Source of the DNA: Eledone cirrhosa | Taxonomy: Eukaryota | Assembly: GCA_964016885.1 (NCBI GenBank) | Contig: OZ024741.1 | Span: 226,362,001-226,426,000, forward strand | Direction of reading: 5' to 3' | DNA length: 64,000 bases | Shown: in pieces, positions 45,871 to 61,759 of the stretch | Layout: each line of letters opens with the position of its first letter | How positions within the stretch are numbered: position 1 is the first letter of the stretch | The notes under the pieces: generated by a model | The model's database searches: none | What the model was told of the DNA's origin: nothing | What the model saw: only the letters and a program-made list of their open reading frames with translations | Translations under genes and position numbers: made by a program

Positions 45871-46771
45871 GAAATACCAGACCAGCTCCCTCCACCAACA
45901 ATACACAAATACCCTCCCACAACTAACTGCTATCAATCTCGTCTACTACTGCATTCACCTCTGTACACACACAAACACATACACACATATACACTCGCAC
46001 CCACCGCAGCTCCCTACCAAGCCACTTCTGTTTTGCTTGCGCCACCATCTCTTTCCCTCCCTCCTCCCTCTCTCCAGCACCTGCCCCCCCCCCGCCCCTA
46101 CTTGGCCACTTTCTCTCTGACCGCTTCACTAACATCATTCGCGAAACATACCCATTCTCTTGGACTCCGGAATACACGTGGATATTCAGATACAAACATA
46201 AACGCTCACACATAGACACTTTCCCCCATGCAGAAATATACACACACCTATCCTCACACACATGCACACAATATAATTCTGCTGCAGACAATACAGAAAG
46301 GCAGAAACACCCGTGGAGACACGCATGCACACACACATATATATATTCACACAAACACACAAAAGTACACACTCATATATGTATATTAAGAATAGAAAAA
46401 ATCCCATACACACACACGCAGACACACAGTCACGTGCACAAACATGCACAAAAAACAAAGAACTCACAAGCATACACACACACAAGTGTACACACACCAT
46501 AAATATATAACAGAGAGAAACGTATGAGTGCACACACACATGCACACACACACACACACGCACACAAACGGAAGCAATAATGACACCTACCACTTTAGCT
46601 CCATCAGCACACACACAACTACACCCATGACACACCTGGACCCACCACTTCGGCCCTCACCTCCGACCGCTGGACCACTCGCCTACCATGCCCAGTATAA
46701 CAGTCTTTTCCCAACAATCTTTTTCAAACTTTCATGTACCCACCTGTTCTCTCCCTATCCGAACTCTCCAT

Positions 46772-46805
46772 TTCCTGACGAAGGACTGTCGTCCGAAACG
46801 TAGAA
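46772..46805 (+). ncRNA. Minimal hammerhead ribozyme at the end of a C/A-rich PLE-type 3' UTR (~45870-46890)
   Basis: ttc-CTGACGA-a-ggac(tgtc)gtcc-GAAA-c-GTA-gaa; similar to the 1331 motif and its downstream ccttcc..caagcgt. Confidence 0.78.
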
Positions 46806-46956
46806 CCTTCCTCCACTTCTTCCTTCCAAGCGTGATCCCTGTAAGATTTTGTATTTTTGCATCCCTCTGTTTATTTTCTTTTATTTGTTATATATATATG
46901 TGTGTATGTGTGTGTGTGTCTGTCTGTGTGCGTGTGTGTGTGTGTGCGCGCGTGTT

Positions 46957-47039
<83 letters not shown>

Positions 47040-48213
47040 TGTCTGGTGTGTGTGTTGAACAATGAAAACTAAAGGCGAAGGTCGATGCTTAATCAGTTCA
47101 CTGTTTTACGATCGTTTCAGTAAGTTGTTAGATCTTGATAAATCGATACAGTAACCAACTGATAGTGGGTATGTAACCACATTATTAGTCTCGATATTCC
47201 AGATCCAACTCACCGTCTTCCTTAGAAACAATGTCTGAGTAAAGCTAGTAAGCCATGACGAGTTAGTTTTAAAAGGTTTCTAGTACCTCTTGTATATAAG
47301 AAGCGAAAACAAAAGAGGGAAATGTTATGAGTAGGTGTTATTTTAACATCCTGTAAGAACAATGAGAGATATGTGTTTAAATTATCTAAGAAATACGAAG
47401 TAGCATCATGTAGAAGAATAAGATCAAAGTTATATTTCGAACAACAGACGTCTTTTAATATTAACAACTGAATGTTGCATTTCTAGACAGGGCGGTGGCT
47501 GAATGCATGCGTAGTCGATGCGTAGACGTCTCAACATTTGTATCTATAGACCAGTGTGGGTGCTGTTGTGTTGAAAGGGGACGTTGGGAGTTTTTATTTC
47601 ATTTGGCGGTGAGCATTTATCCATTCTTTTCTTTCAAATTTTCAAAAATTTAAAAAACACTTGTCCCACTTTGAACTTAAATTGACCCATGGTGATTAAA
47701 GACCCAACCACACACGAGCACCCACACACATACATTTGCTTTAGGTTTTGTACCCATTTGAACTGCGGCCATACACCAGATAACGTGGTAAGTCTTATGA
47801 ATTCAGTATCTTATTTGAAATTTAATTTGACAAGGGGCTGGGATGACAAAAATGTCCGTGCCCAAAGGGGGCGCTGGCTGAAAAAAGGTTGGGAAAACAT
47901 GCTATAGATAAACAGTCTATGCATGTACGTGTGTTTGAAATGACCAATATTAACAGCATGAAACAGTCGATGAAAACTTGCCACGCCCACCCACTCCCGT
48001 TCATCGACTTTGCATATCCGATATCATGATAGCTGCGGGCAGAAATGCATAAAGGTGAAAGGAGTCAGACATTCGGGCTTTACAGATTCCTTATTGAAAC
48101 CACCAATCGTGGTAATGTCGTGCAGCGATTCCATCTAGTGTTTTCAGAATGTTGTTTATCCTGGACCTCATAGTGCGAAATGTCGACATTGGTAACTAAA
48201 TAATAGAACGTGT

Positions 48214-48249
<36 letters not shown>

Positions 48250-48579
48250 CGCTTGTCCAGATTTCATGAGTCTTTCGAATGTGCAAGAGTTCTAGGTATT
48301 CCAGATTTTACATTATCGAAATTACTTTTTTTTTTTTATTTATACATATATATATATCAAATTATCCCGAGTTGATTTTCTCGTTGCTTTGGTCCTTGCG
48401 GCTGGCTCACCGGTCGCAGTCTTCAATTTGTGAAGCTTTCTAAACGTATGTTATTACTCTAAGGTTATTACTCTACCTTATCGAGTACTTAGCTGCACAT
48501 TCCGGGTTGCATTCGTTACCTTGGCCACAGCTAGAGCTTCGATTCTATTGAACTTCCATTTGTATATATATATATATAA

Positions 48580-49305
48580 ATGGAAAAATATGAAATTTCA
48601 TTTCTCACTCTTAGTACGGCTGATACTTAAATGTAAGTATGTATACGTACATACATATATGTATACAGACGTACAGCAGTATGTATATATATACATACAT
48701 GCACACATATATATATGTACGTATGGGTTTACCGAACATTTATTATAACGTTCGGTTTGTTTGTAAACAAACAGCCCGAATTAAGCCGTACAGTGTTCGG
48801 TAACCATCGTCGCCCTTTTGTTCAACACTGACAAAGGAACGATAAACTAGTTTCTAGCTTATTAGCTGTCATCAGCACCGTATACCATCCTGTCAGTCGA
48901 TTGAACGTTTGAAAGTATATACTTTCCTTATGCATATTAACGGCTGAGCAGCCTAATTTGCATATCGAGTGAGTTAGTTGGCCGGGCATAGCGAAAACGA
49001 TAAAGGGGAAAAATTAAATTTCATTTCTCACTCTTAGTACGGCTGATACTTAAATATAAGTATGTATACGTACATGCATATATATATACAGATGTACAGT
49101 AGTATGTATATACATACATACATGCACACATGCTAGAAAGTAGTTCATCGTTCCTTTGTCAGTGTTGAACAAAAGGGCAACGATGGTTGCCGAACACTGT
49201 ACGGCTTAATTCGGGCTGTTTGTTTACAAACAAACCGAACATTATAATAAATGTTCGGTAAACCCATACGTACATATATATATATGTGCATGTATGTATA
49301 TACAT
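48580..49305 (-). mobile_element. Non-coding HHR element: partial tandem (423-nt period) plus inverted arm; HHR 48840-48880
   Basis: aaatttcatttctcactcttagtacgg.. at 48593 and 49016. Minus cggtg-CTGATGA-c-agct(aata)agct-a-GAAA-cta-GTT-tatcg. 49131-49305 is the inverted copy, starting in stem II. Confidence 0.82.
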
Positions 49306-51079
49306 ACACACATAAGACAGTAGTCTTATATACTTGTATGGTTGTATCATGATGAAATAAAGGAAGAACGAGGAAATTTCATCTTTTGGAAATTTCTCTT
49401 TTCTGTTATATATCTCAATATATTGTAATACATATTTGGCTGTCGTAAATTTTGTATCAAATGTTGTAGTAGAATAAATATACATCTTCACTCATACATA
49501 TCTCCTCCCACCCAAGTTACACATAAGCAATTGTATTTTTATTTATTTTTCATGCTTGGCTACATTTTCTCAAATAAGAAATGTCGGCCTCTATTCGTTT
49601 TAGTATGGATTTTTAAAAGTTACTTTTTAAATGTCTTTTGTATTTTGTAAATTGCTGTCAGATATTTTTGATTTCTTTAACATCAAAGATTCAGAATCAT
49701 CACAATTTCTTTTTTCTTTTCAGACAGAAAATTATACGATTTATGGGAATTACGGTTGCAGTCTTTTTTTATATATACATATACAGGATGGGATAAAAAT
49801 TACAAATGATTTCTATATTTAATAACTAGTGCATCTTTATCTTATTTTTTTTCCTTTAAATTTGAAATATGATATATATATTATTTGATTTGAGAAATGT
49901 ATATATATTATTAATTTTCAACGTTTTCTTTGTGAAATCTGTAAAGCAAAATAGTAATTATAAATGATTTATTCAAATTTCAGGCCCCTTTCTGTATTTC
50001 ATATGCATTTAAATTTTGTAAGTAAAATTTATTGTAAAAAATTCAAGTGTCTTTTGTGATTATTAAAACGGAAATGGAAGAGGAAGGAAAATTCTCAAGG
50101 GTCACAGAAAAATGGGGAGGGGGTGGATAGACTCTAGGCCTAGGGCGTGGCGGTATCGGGGCTGTGCAAAAGCATTCTCGCAGACATTCCGTTGACGTTC
50201 CGATCTTGCAAAGAAGCTCGGCAGTACGGGGAGCCAAGTCCGCCTGAGGTCTCGACGGTGATCGGCGCGAAGAGGGAGCGGCCCGAAAATCTCCGGTATT
50301 TGTTTATCTTCCTTTCCTCTGGATTTTGTAAGTTGTTCTGATTTGTAATAGGATTTTCATTCTGAATAGCCTAAAACTAAAAGACGCCAATTTGGAAAAT
50401 GAAACAACTAATGTTTTTAAATGTAAAGAATATATCTTTATACACTTCAAATATAAAGAAAATATATGCTGAAAAATGAACCGCTGCTTAAAATCCCTAC
50501 CTGTAATGATTTTTTCATTCAAAAGATGAAATTATTTTTAGTTGAAAGGAAAAACAGAAAAAAAATTCAAAAATTCAAAAATAAACATCTGACTGGCACT
50601 TTATTTTGTCAATCTCGGAAGCAAAATTGACCGCGGCAAGATTTAAACACAGAATGTAGAAAATCGTAACTGAATACTGCAAAAAAATTTGTCCCACGCT
50701 TTGCCGATACTGTTAAGGCAACTCTCTAGTTATGTGTAGTATTAGAATACTGAAGAGTGGCAATGTAGTGAAAGCTGGATGTTGCAAAGTGGAATAAAGT
50801 GAGGCGCTAGCTTGATATTTTTGAAGTATTAAGATATCTAGAATTGTCGGAGCTGTGTAAGTTGGCTCAATTTGAAAGCAGAATTAAAGTACATAGGCTT
50901 TAAAAATATTTATTCATTAAACATACTGTATATCATTAAATATACTAGCAGAAAAACCACCCTTCGAGCGATCTTTTGCTAGCATATGGAGTGTGCGTAT
51001 TGGTATTATATATTGGCAAATATATATGCTTATAGATATGATATATAAATTGAAAAGTAAATTTGACAATATCTTATTC

Positions 51080-51712
51080 GCCCATTTATTTCTGAGATGG
51101 CCGTGGTGGCAGAGTCCTCCTCAAACACTCCTTCCAACGAGTCTGTCAGAAGCAAACATCTCTAACTGATCCAGCTGGATTCCAAAGCGTGACAAGCCAC
51201 GCTCATGGATGTTATCCAACTATCTTGCTCGGGGTCTACCTCTGGGTCTCTTGCTGGTTGGTTTTGCCGGAAAAATATGTCCAGCGATTCTTTCTTGAGA
51301 CATTCTAACCACATGCCCATAGTATCGGAGTTGTGATCTCTCAATCCAGAGAAGTAGCGGCTCCACCAGGAGTAACTCTCTGATCTCTGAGCTATGCCCT
51401 TTATCGAGTGACGTTACTCCAAAGACCCTTCTGAGGAACCACATTTCTGCTTTTTGTATTTGCAATTCTATTCTTTCGGTCATTACCCAAGATTCGTGAC
51501 CCTCCGTAAGGGTTGGCAGAAATACCAGGAAGACAGCGAGTTTGGCTTTTACACCTACCTCCCTTCTTCTGATTACTGAATGCTGAAGTTGGCGCATTAC
51601 TGCATCAACTTTTGCAATTCTTGTATTTAATTCAGCCTCTTGCCTTCAATCACTCATGAACACGGCTCTGAGATACTTGAACTTCTCCAGCTGCTTCAGT
51701 GGAACTCCATTC
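51080..51712 (-). pseudogene. RTE-clade LINE 3' fragment
   Basis: VNGVPLKQLEKFKYL, PTLT.GHESWVMT, AEMWFLRRV.G, SQLRYYGHVVRM, KRPRGRPR. Confidence 0.85.
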
Positions 51713-51904
51713 ACATGTATATGAATTTGAGCAGCTTCTGTCCATCCGTCCGTCACAAAATGTGTGTGTGCTTTTATGTGAATGTATGTGTGTTTAAAAG
51801 GACTTATAAACGGTGACACACACACACATATATATAACCTCACACATGTCGCTAATTTAAGAATGCCAACAAACTCACGCGCGTGCACATACACACACTG
51901 TCCT

Positions 51905-54890
<2,986 letters not shown>

Positions 54891-55096
54891 GTAAATATTT
54901 AGAAAAACGTTGCAACCGAAGGAAAACAGGAAGACGATACTTGTTCTTTGTAGAAATATTCAGGTGTTGTTTCTGCATGTTGATTATAAGTCTATAGAGT
55001 GCTCAATTTTTATATATTTCATACATATTTATCCTTATCGGGCCCTCTTCAGATTTTTAGGCTTCACATTTATTATTATTACTATATATATATATA

Positions 55097-55475
55097 TAGT
55101 AATAATAATAAACGTGAAGACTAAAATCCAAAGAGGGCTCGATAAGGATAAATATACATCAAATATATAAGAACCCTAGAGCAAATATTTATTAAAATAA
55201 CAGACTAAAATTTAAGCAAAGAATCGCTGCTTTCACCCTTAACGGGATCTTCTGAAACTAAAAAAACAATCTGTGAACGCAGAAGTAAATATTTCGAAAA
55301 ACGTTGCAACCGAATGTAAACAGGAAGACGATACTTTGGTCCGTGAAGACATTCCCTGGCAATCAACGAAAAAAAAGCAGATGAAACGTCGTTATGTGGA
55401 GTGATGATAACACATACACGCAAAGACAAAACCACGTTTATGATGTAAATGAAGTCGTAGACTAATATTCTATTT
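55097..55475 (-). mobile_element. Non-coding element with a variant-core HHR (55209-55259); second copy 59487-60070
   Basis: Minus agttt-CAGAAGA-t-ccc(gttaa)ggg-t-GAAA-gca..tg-CTT-aaa(t/c)t. Tail fragments at 23450-23491, 55010-55083 and 60103-60141. Confidence 0.72.
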
Positions 55476-56163
55476 AGGAAACCGAATGATTCTCGGCTAG
55501 AGAGTTAAGAATAATGTAAATAAATTAGTATAACGAAAATGACAAAGGTTATTAAAATCAAATAATTAAATATATACATATATATATATATTGATTGGTT
55601 AATTGTTTATGTTTGTTTAATAACATCTAGTTGAGTGCCTTAATCGGTTTGTGCAAAGGAATTTCCTTCGGGAAAATCATGTGGCTACTGGCCGTGTTTA
55701 CTGCTAATAGTCACAACCGGGGCGACCCAGAACGAAAACTTGTTGACGAAGTAAATTCCACTGTTCTATCTTCCAAAACCAATAACTTGCAGGCCCCTGC
55801 AACTGGATTTTGTTGATTTCGGATTTACAGAAAGCTAGCAGAGATATTATATATTATATGTTATATGTATTATATATTATATTTTATGTGTGGTATCAAC
55901 GCGTTGGGTCAGGTTTGTCATATTTTCCTGAGTTCAGTTTTTTTTTGTCGCTTTGGTCACTGCGGCTCGCCTATCGGTCGCTGTCTTCAATTTGCAAAGC
56001 TGTCTAAACGTAATGTTATAACTCTAAGGTAATATACCTTATTGAGTGCTTAGCTGCACACCCCGATGGAATTCGTTAGCTTAGCTGCAGCCAGAGCTTC
56101 CATTATGCTGTACTAAATTTTGTATATATATATATTATATATATATATATTATATATATTATA

Positions 56164-56530
56164 GTATGCATGTATACGTACATACATATATGTATACAGA
56201 CGTACAGTAGCATGCACATATATATATATACATATATACATACAAATGCATACAGGTACACATACATATATGCACGTATCAGTTTAGCGGCGCTTATTAT
56301 AACGTCGCTTTGTTCGTTTGTAAACAAACTGAAACGAACAAAGCGACGTTATAATAAGCGCCGCTAAACTGACACGTGCATATATGTATGTGTACCTGTA
56401 TGCATATGTATGTATATATGTATATATATATATATATGTGCATGCTACTGTACGTCTGTATACATATATGTATGTACGTATACATGCATACTTACATTTA
56501 AGTAAGTGCCATACTAAGAGTGAGAAATGA
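56164..56530. repeat. ~330-bp palindrome made from the 3' tail of the 48.6-49.3 kb family
   Basis: Arms mirror around ~56325; shares tatgtatacagacgtacag, ttattataacg, gtttgtaaacaaac and aagagtgagaaatgaaattt. Confidence 0.85.
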
Positions 56531-56561
56531 AATTTCGTTTTCATTTTGTTTCAATATATAT

Positions 56562-56621
<60 letters not shown>

Positions 56622-56628
<7 letters not shown>

Positions 56629-56885
56629 GGTATTATAATGAAATAGTATGATAGAATATTGAATTCTAAGTGTTAATTGAACAAGTACTTTCATGCTTTC
56701 GAAATCTTCAGGTTCATGATATGTGGTGACAGTCAAGTTTGCAATTTTCAACTGTTGAAAATTGCAAACTTGACTGTCACCACATATCATGAACCTGAAG
56801 ATTGCGAAAGCATGAAAGTACTTGTTCAATTAACACTTAGAATTCAATATTCTATCATACTATTTCATTATAATACCATTATATA
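56622..56885. mobile_element. Near-perfect 264-bp palindrome with two minimal HHRs (56678-56716 minus, 56790-56828 plus)
   Basis: tgaac-CTGAAGA-t-tgc(gaaa)gca-t-GAAA-gta-CTT-gttca; palindromic stem III aagtactt; one arm mismatch. Confidence 0.88.
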
Positions 56886-56975
56886 TTTTAAAGGATTGTA
56901 AATAAAACGAGTAAATCAGACAAAGTTGGAATTCCTCTTATTAATATAATCTTCTATACACAATCATACACACCC

Positions 56976-57045
<70 letters not shown>

Positions 57046-57172
57046 TATATATATAATATATATATAATATATATATATATATAATATATATATATAATAT
57101 ATATATAATATATATATATAATATAAATATATATAAATATATATAATATAAATATATATATATATAATATAA

Positions 57173-57206
<34 letters not shown>

Positions 57207-57365
57207 AATATATATATATATAATATATATATATATATAATATAAATATATATATATATATATATAATATAAATATATATATATATATATAATATAAATA
57301 TATATATATATATATATATAATATAAATATATATATATATATATATATAATATAAATATATATAT

Positions 57366-57399
<34 letters not shown>

Positions 57400-57480
57400 A
57401 CAAAGGAATTGTGGTAAGGAACCAGATGGACCTTAACGCACCAGAGTACTCAATACTTAGGGTAGTAGAGTAGTTGAGTA

Positions 57481-57544
57481 GTAGAGCTCAAGCCGTTTCG
57501 ACGGCTATTTCTGGAAATAGCCGCCGAAACGGCTTGAGCTCTGC
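57481..57544. repeat. Short palindrome, possibly a fold-back of a HHR 3' half
   Basis: gagctcaagccgtttcg..ggctatttc/gaaatagcc..cgaaacggcttgagctc; its left flank resembles 43277-43302. Confidence 0.6.
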
Positions 57545-57639
57545 CGTCCGGGTCATACTTTTTCCTATATATATATATATATATTTCGTTTCTGAATTTG
57601 TTTAGCAAGATTCTTTATCTGAAAACGTGTGTTGAAACG

Positions 57640-59406
57640 ATATTGTTATACTTTGGGAGGGTCATGTTGCAAATAAGAAACACACGCACCAGTTTAATGG
57701 AAAAACATATTTAATGGAAAAACATATGCCCAAGAGGAGGGAGCAGCCATTGGTGTTAGCATTGCAGGCGGCATTGCTAACCTATTCATGGTATGATGGG
57801 ACAGTAGACTTAAACTTAAACTTAAAGAACAATTAGAAGACCCCCTTAACCCTGTAATGTACTCCCCCTACGTTGATGTGATAAACATCGTAGTTAAAAC
57901 ACCCCCACTAGAGAACAGTCAGGAATTAGAGAAAAATACAATGGAAAGCATCCAGCAAATAGTTAACTCCATCCACCAGAGTATTAGAGTTACTATAGAC
58001 TACCCAAGCAGATACCCCAAACATCGATTACCTGTACTAGACACAGAGCTCTGGTTAGATACTTAGATACCATTAATAACAAAAAAACAAATCCTCCATT
58101 CCCATTATGCCAAACCCATGACTTCCAAATATCTGATCCACCGAAACTCAGCTGTTTCGGACCATACCAAAATCAACATACTGATTGCGGATTTGGTACG
58201 GGTGATGAGAAACGTGTCCTTCATGTGCAACCCCGAAGCACTAGAGAGACACATACAACACTTCATCCACCGTATGCAGTTCTCTGGTTACAATCAGAGA
58301 GATAAAATCAGAGAGTATAGAGGAGCCAGAACCAAATGGGAAAAAATGGTAAATAATGACACAAATGGGACCTGCCCCTTGTATAGGAACAAATTTCGGA
58401 ATAGAATAGAAAGAACTAGGAATAAGGCTAATAGAATAAACTCATGGTATGATAGCAATAAATACCAGAGTGTAATGTTCATCGATACAACCCCTAGAGG
58501 CGAATTAGCTCACACATTTAGAAGGGCCCTAGATAAACATAAACTCAATATTAAGATAGTAGAAAGACCAGGTACCTCCATAAAAACACTTATTAGCAAG
58601 ACATACCCTTTTCAAAGACCTCCCTGTATAGATAAGAAATGTATAATCTGTAAATTAAGCCCCCATATTAACTGTAAAACTAGAAATGAAGTATATAGCA
58701 TAAGATGTACTGAAGGACAATGTAGAGATAAAAATATAGTGTGCATAGGTGAGACAGCTCGTAGTATAGGGGAACGGATAAATGAATACTGACGAGACCT
58801 TCAAGATAGTAAAGAATCAACTGTACTCTACCAACAAGCTAAAATAGAACATAAGGGTAAATTAGAGAACATAGAAATAAAAATAGAATCTACACACAGA
58901 AAAGACGCAATGTTTAGACAAATCACAGAGGCAATAAACATAAATGAATTACAACCAAAATTAAATAGAAAACATGAGTGGAACAGCAACATCACAACTT
59001 ACAATTAAGGACAAAATAAAAACACACACGCACATAGAACAAACAACCAACCAGTAACATGTAAATAAACAAATAAATAAACGAATATAAACACACACAG
59101 ACACCCGGATGTAACACATGCGCAAATTAAGCACACAATACACACACAAAAACAAGATGGCGTAGAACAGAACAAAGGAGAGGCACAAAATACAAAGAAA
59201 AAATCCCCAGTCACTGAAGAGGTCACAGAATGTGTGACGAAAGAACTTTGACAATATATAAACAACCATCTGGTTGTGGAACCAACCAACCAACCGGAAA
59301 TTTATATATTCCTAAATTTATAAATTTATTATAATAAATTGAAGTGAAAGCAACTGGTGCGTGTATTTCTTATGGGCAACATGACCCTCCCAAAGTATAA
59401 CAATAT
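57640..59406 (+). mobile_element. 5'-truncated PLE (RT C-half, GIY-YIG, pseudo-LTR with HHR, inverted 5' piece)
   Basis: GAAIGVSIAG..ANLFM, YVD, RLPVLD, MQFSGY, TPRGEL, VYSIRC..IGETARS, RQITEA. 57640-57695 is the inverse of 59351-59406. Ends in (TA)n. Confidence 0.9.
59210..59252 (+). ncRNA. Minimal hammerhead ribozyme in PLE pseudo-LTR
   Basis: gtca-CTGAAGA-g-gtcaca(gaatg)tgtgac-GAAA-gaa-CTT-tgac. Confidence 0.82.
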
Positions 59407-59777
59407 ATATATATATATATATCAAGGGCGGTGCCCCAGCATGGCCTCAGCCGGATGGCTGAAACAGGTAAAAGAGTAAAAGAGAATAGTAATAATAATA
59501 AATTAGAAGACTAAAATCCAAAGAGGGCTCGAAGAGGATAAATATATATCAAATATATAAGAACCGTAGAGCAAATATTTATTAAAATAACAGATTAAAG
59601 TTTAAGCAAAGAATTGCTGCTTTCACCCTTAACGGGATCTTCTGAAACTAAAAAAATCAATCTGTGAACGCAGAAGTAAATATTTCAAAAAGTGTTGCAA
59701 CCGAAGGAAGAGAGGAAGACGATACTTTGGTTCGTGGAAACGTTCCCTGGAAAAGAACGGACAAAGACAAAGATAAT

Positions 59778-59963
59778 TGTTTCTACTTTTGGCACCAGGC
59801 CAGCAATTATCCCAGTGCATTACTGGTACTTTATTTTATCGACCCCGTAAGGGTGAAAGGCAAATTTAACCTAGGCGGGATTTGAACTGAGATCATAAAG
59901 GGAGGTAACTCTATGCTTCAAAGCATAGCGCCCGACCCTCTACCAATACTGCCAATCCACCAC
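59778..59963 (-). mobile_element. SINE inserted into the HHR element, 16-bp target-site duplication
   Basis: caaagacaaagataat at 59762-59777 and 59964-59979. Confidence 0.92.
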
Positions 59964-60151
59964 CAAAGACAAAGATAATACGTCATAATTTGGTGCGGTG
60001 AAAACAATTACACGCAAAGACAAAACCACGTTTATGGTATAAATGAAGTCTTAGACTAATATTCTATTAGGTGGTTCGTGGAGACCTCTATACATAGATT
60101 TGCAGCGATTCTTTGCTTAAACTTTAATCTGTTATTTTAATATATATATAT

Positions 60152-60259
<108 letters not shown>

Positions 60260-60314
60260 CAGAGCTTAACGTTGATTTGAAAATTAACTTTGTTTACAAA
60301 TAGCGGAGTTCTAT

Positions 60315-60394
<80 letters not shown>

Positions 60395-60687
60395 AAATCA
60401 AGGTTTAGCAAATAGAGAAAAAAATGTTTAAATAAATTTTTTAAAGTTCGCTGTACTTACTATATTTATCCTTACCGCGCGGTTTCAAATCCCAAAATAA
60501 ATGGATAATCCAGGCGGACCACTGTATATATGGTGGTGGTGGTGGTGGCGGCGGTGGAGGCGATATACCGGAAGTATTGAAATTTGCATCTTTTAAAAGA
60601 AGTGAATCGTGAAATACGCAATAAAATTATTTATGTTTAATCATCTGTTGCAAAATTTAGTACATATATTATGTAATATTCGTTCAT

Positions 60688-61165
60688 TGGTGGATTGGCA
60701 GTATCGGAGGAGGGTCGGACGCCATGTTTTCCAGCATAGTTACGTCCCTTTACGATCTGAGTTCAAATCCCGCCGAGGTTAACTTTGCCTTTCATCCTTA
60801 CGGGGTCGATAAAATAAAGTACCAGTAATGTACTGGGTAATTGCTGGCCTTGTGCCTAAATTAGAAACAATTATTTATTCAAAGTAATCCAATTTATTTT
60901 ACTAACGGGATTAAGAAATATATCGTGGACGCTGTCCCGCCCTCCTCCCTTTATTATAGTTAAGATGAGGGCGGTGGATTGGCAGTATCGGTAGAGCGTC
61001 AGACGCTATGCTTTGTAGCATAGAGTTATGGCTCTTTACATTCTGAGTTCAAATCCTATCAACTGAGTTTAACTTTTCCTATCATCCCTATAGAGTCAAT
61101 AAAATAAAATATAAGCTTATGCACCGGAGTAATTTCTGGCCTTGTGCCAAAAGTATAAACAATTA
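60688..61165 (+). mobile_element. Two SINE copies (60688-60873 and 60969-61165)
   Basis: Same A/B-box head and core as the other copies. Confidence 0.9.
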
Positions 61166-61531
61166 TATATACGAAATACATACTTGTATGTATACAGCTA
61201 TGTCGGAGCTAACATTTTAATTCTACTTTCAAGTTGAATCAACTTACACAGCTCCATATACAAATGGGGCTAATCAGCACATTTACTCAGACGAAAAGAA
61301 CTATGTGTTTTCGCCTGTTTCAAATTCCGGCAGATAGCACGGGAAGCACTGTCATGATGATGACCAAATCCTGAAATGTACTTGGACTGATGAAATCAGT
61401 TAGTCGATGCTAGCTGCCAATTTTTCAATATTCATAGCTAGGATTTCCAAATGTTTATTTATTAAACATACCGTATATCTTTAGATATACGAAATTCACA
61501 TACATACATATATATAGTAGATATACTAAAT

Positions 61532-61622
<91 letters not shown>

Positions 61623-61759
61623 ATGTGTGTGTGGGGGAGGGTGAGTATGTGTGTGCATGTATGTATGTGTATATATATATATATATATATATCTACGTTC
61701 GAATGAAAACATACATACATGCATACACGCATGCATACATACACACACACATACATACA

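Noticed and set aside
47480-48220. Possible DNA-transposon DDE remnant
   Set aside because: Translation too degenerate to assign by eye
56622-56885. Palindromes as pure assembly artefacts
   Set aside because: Not excluded for the near-perfect ones, but many arms are diverged, families recur at separate loci and junctions track the ribozymes
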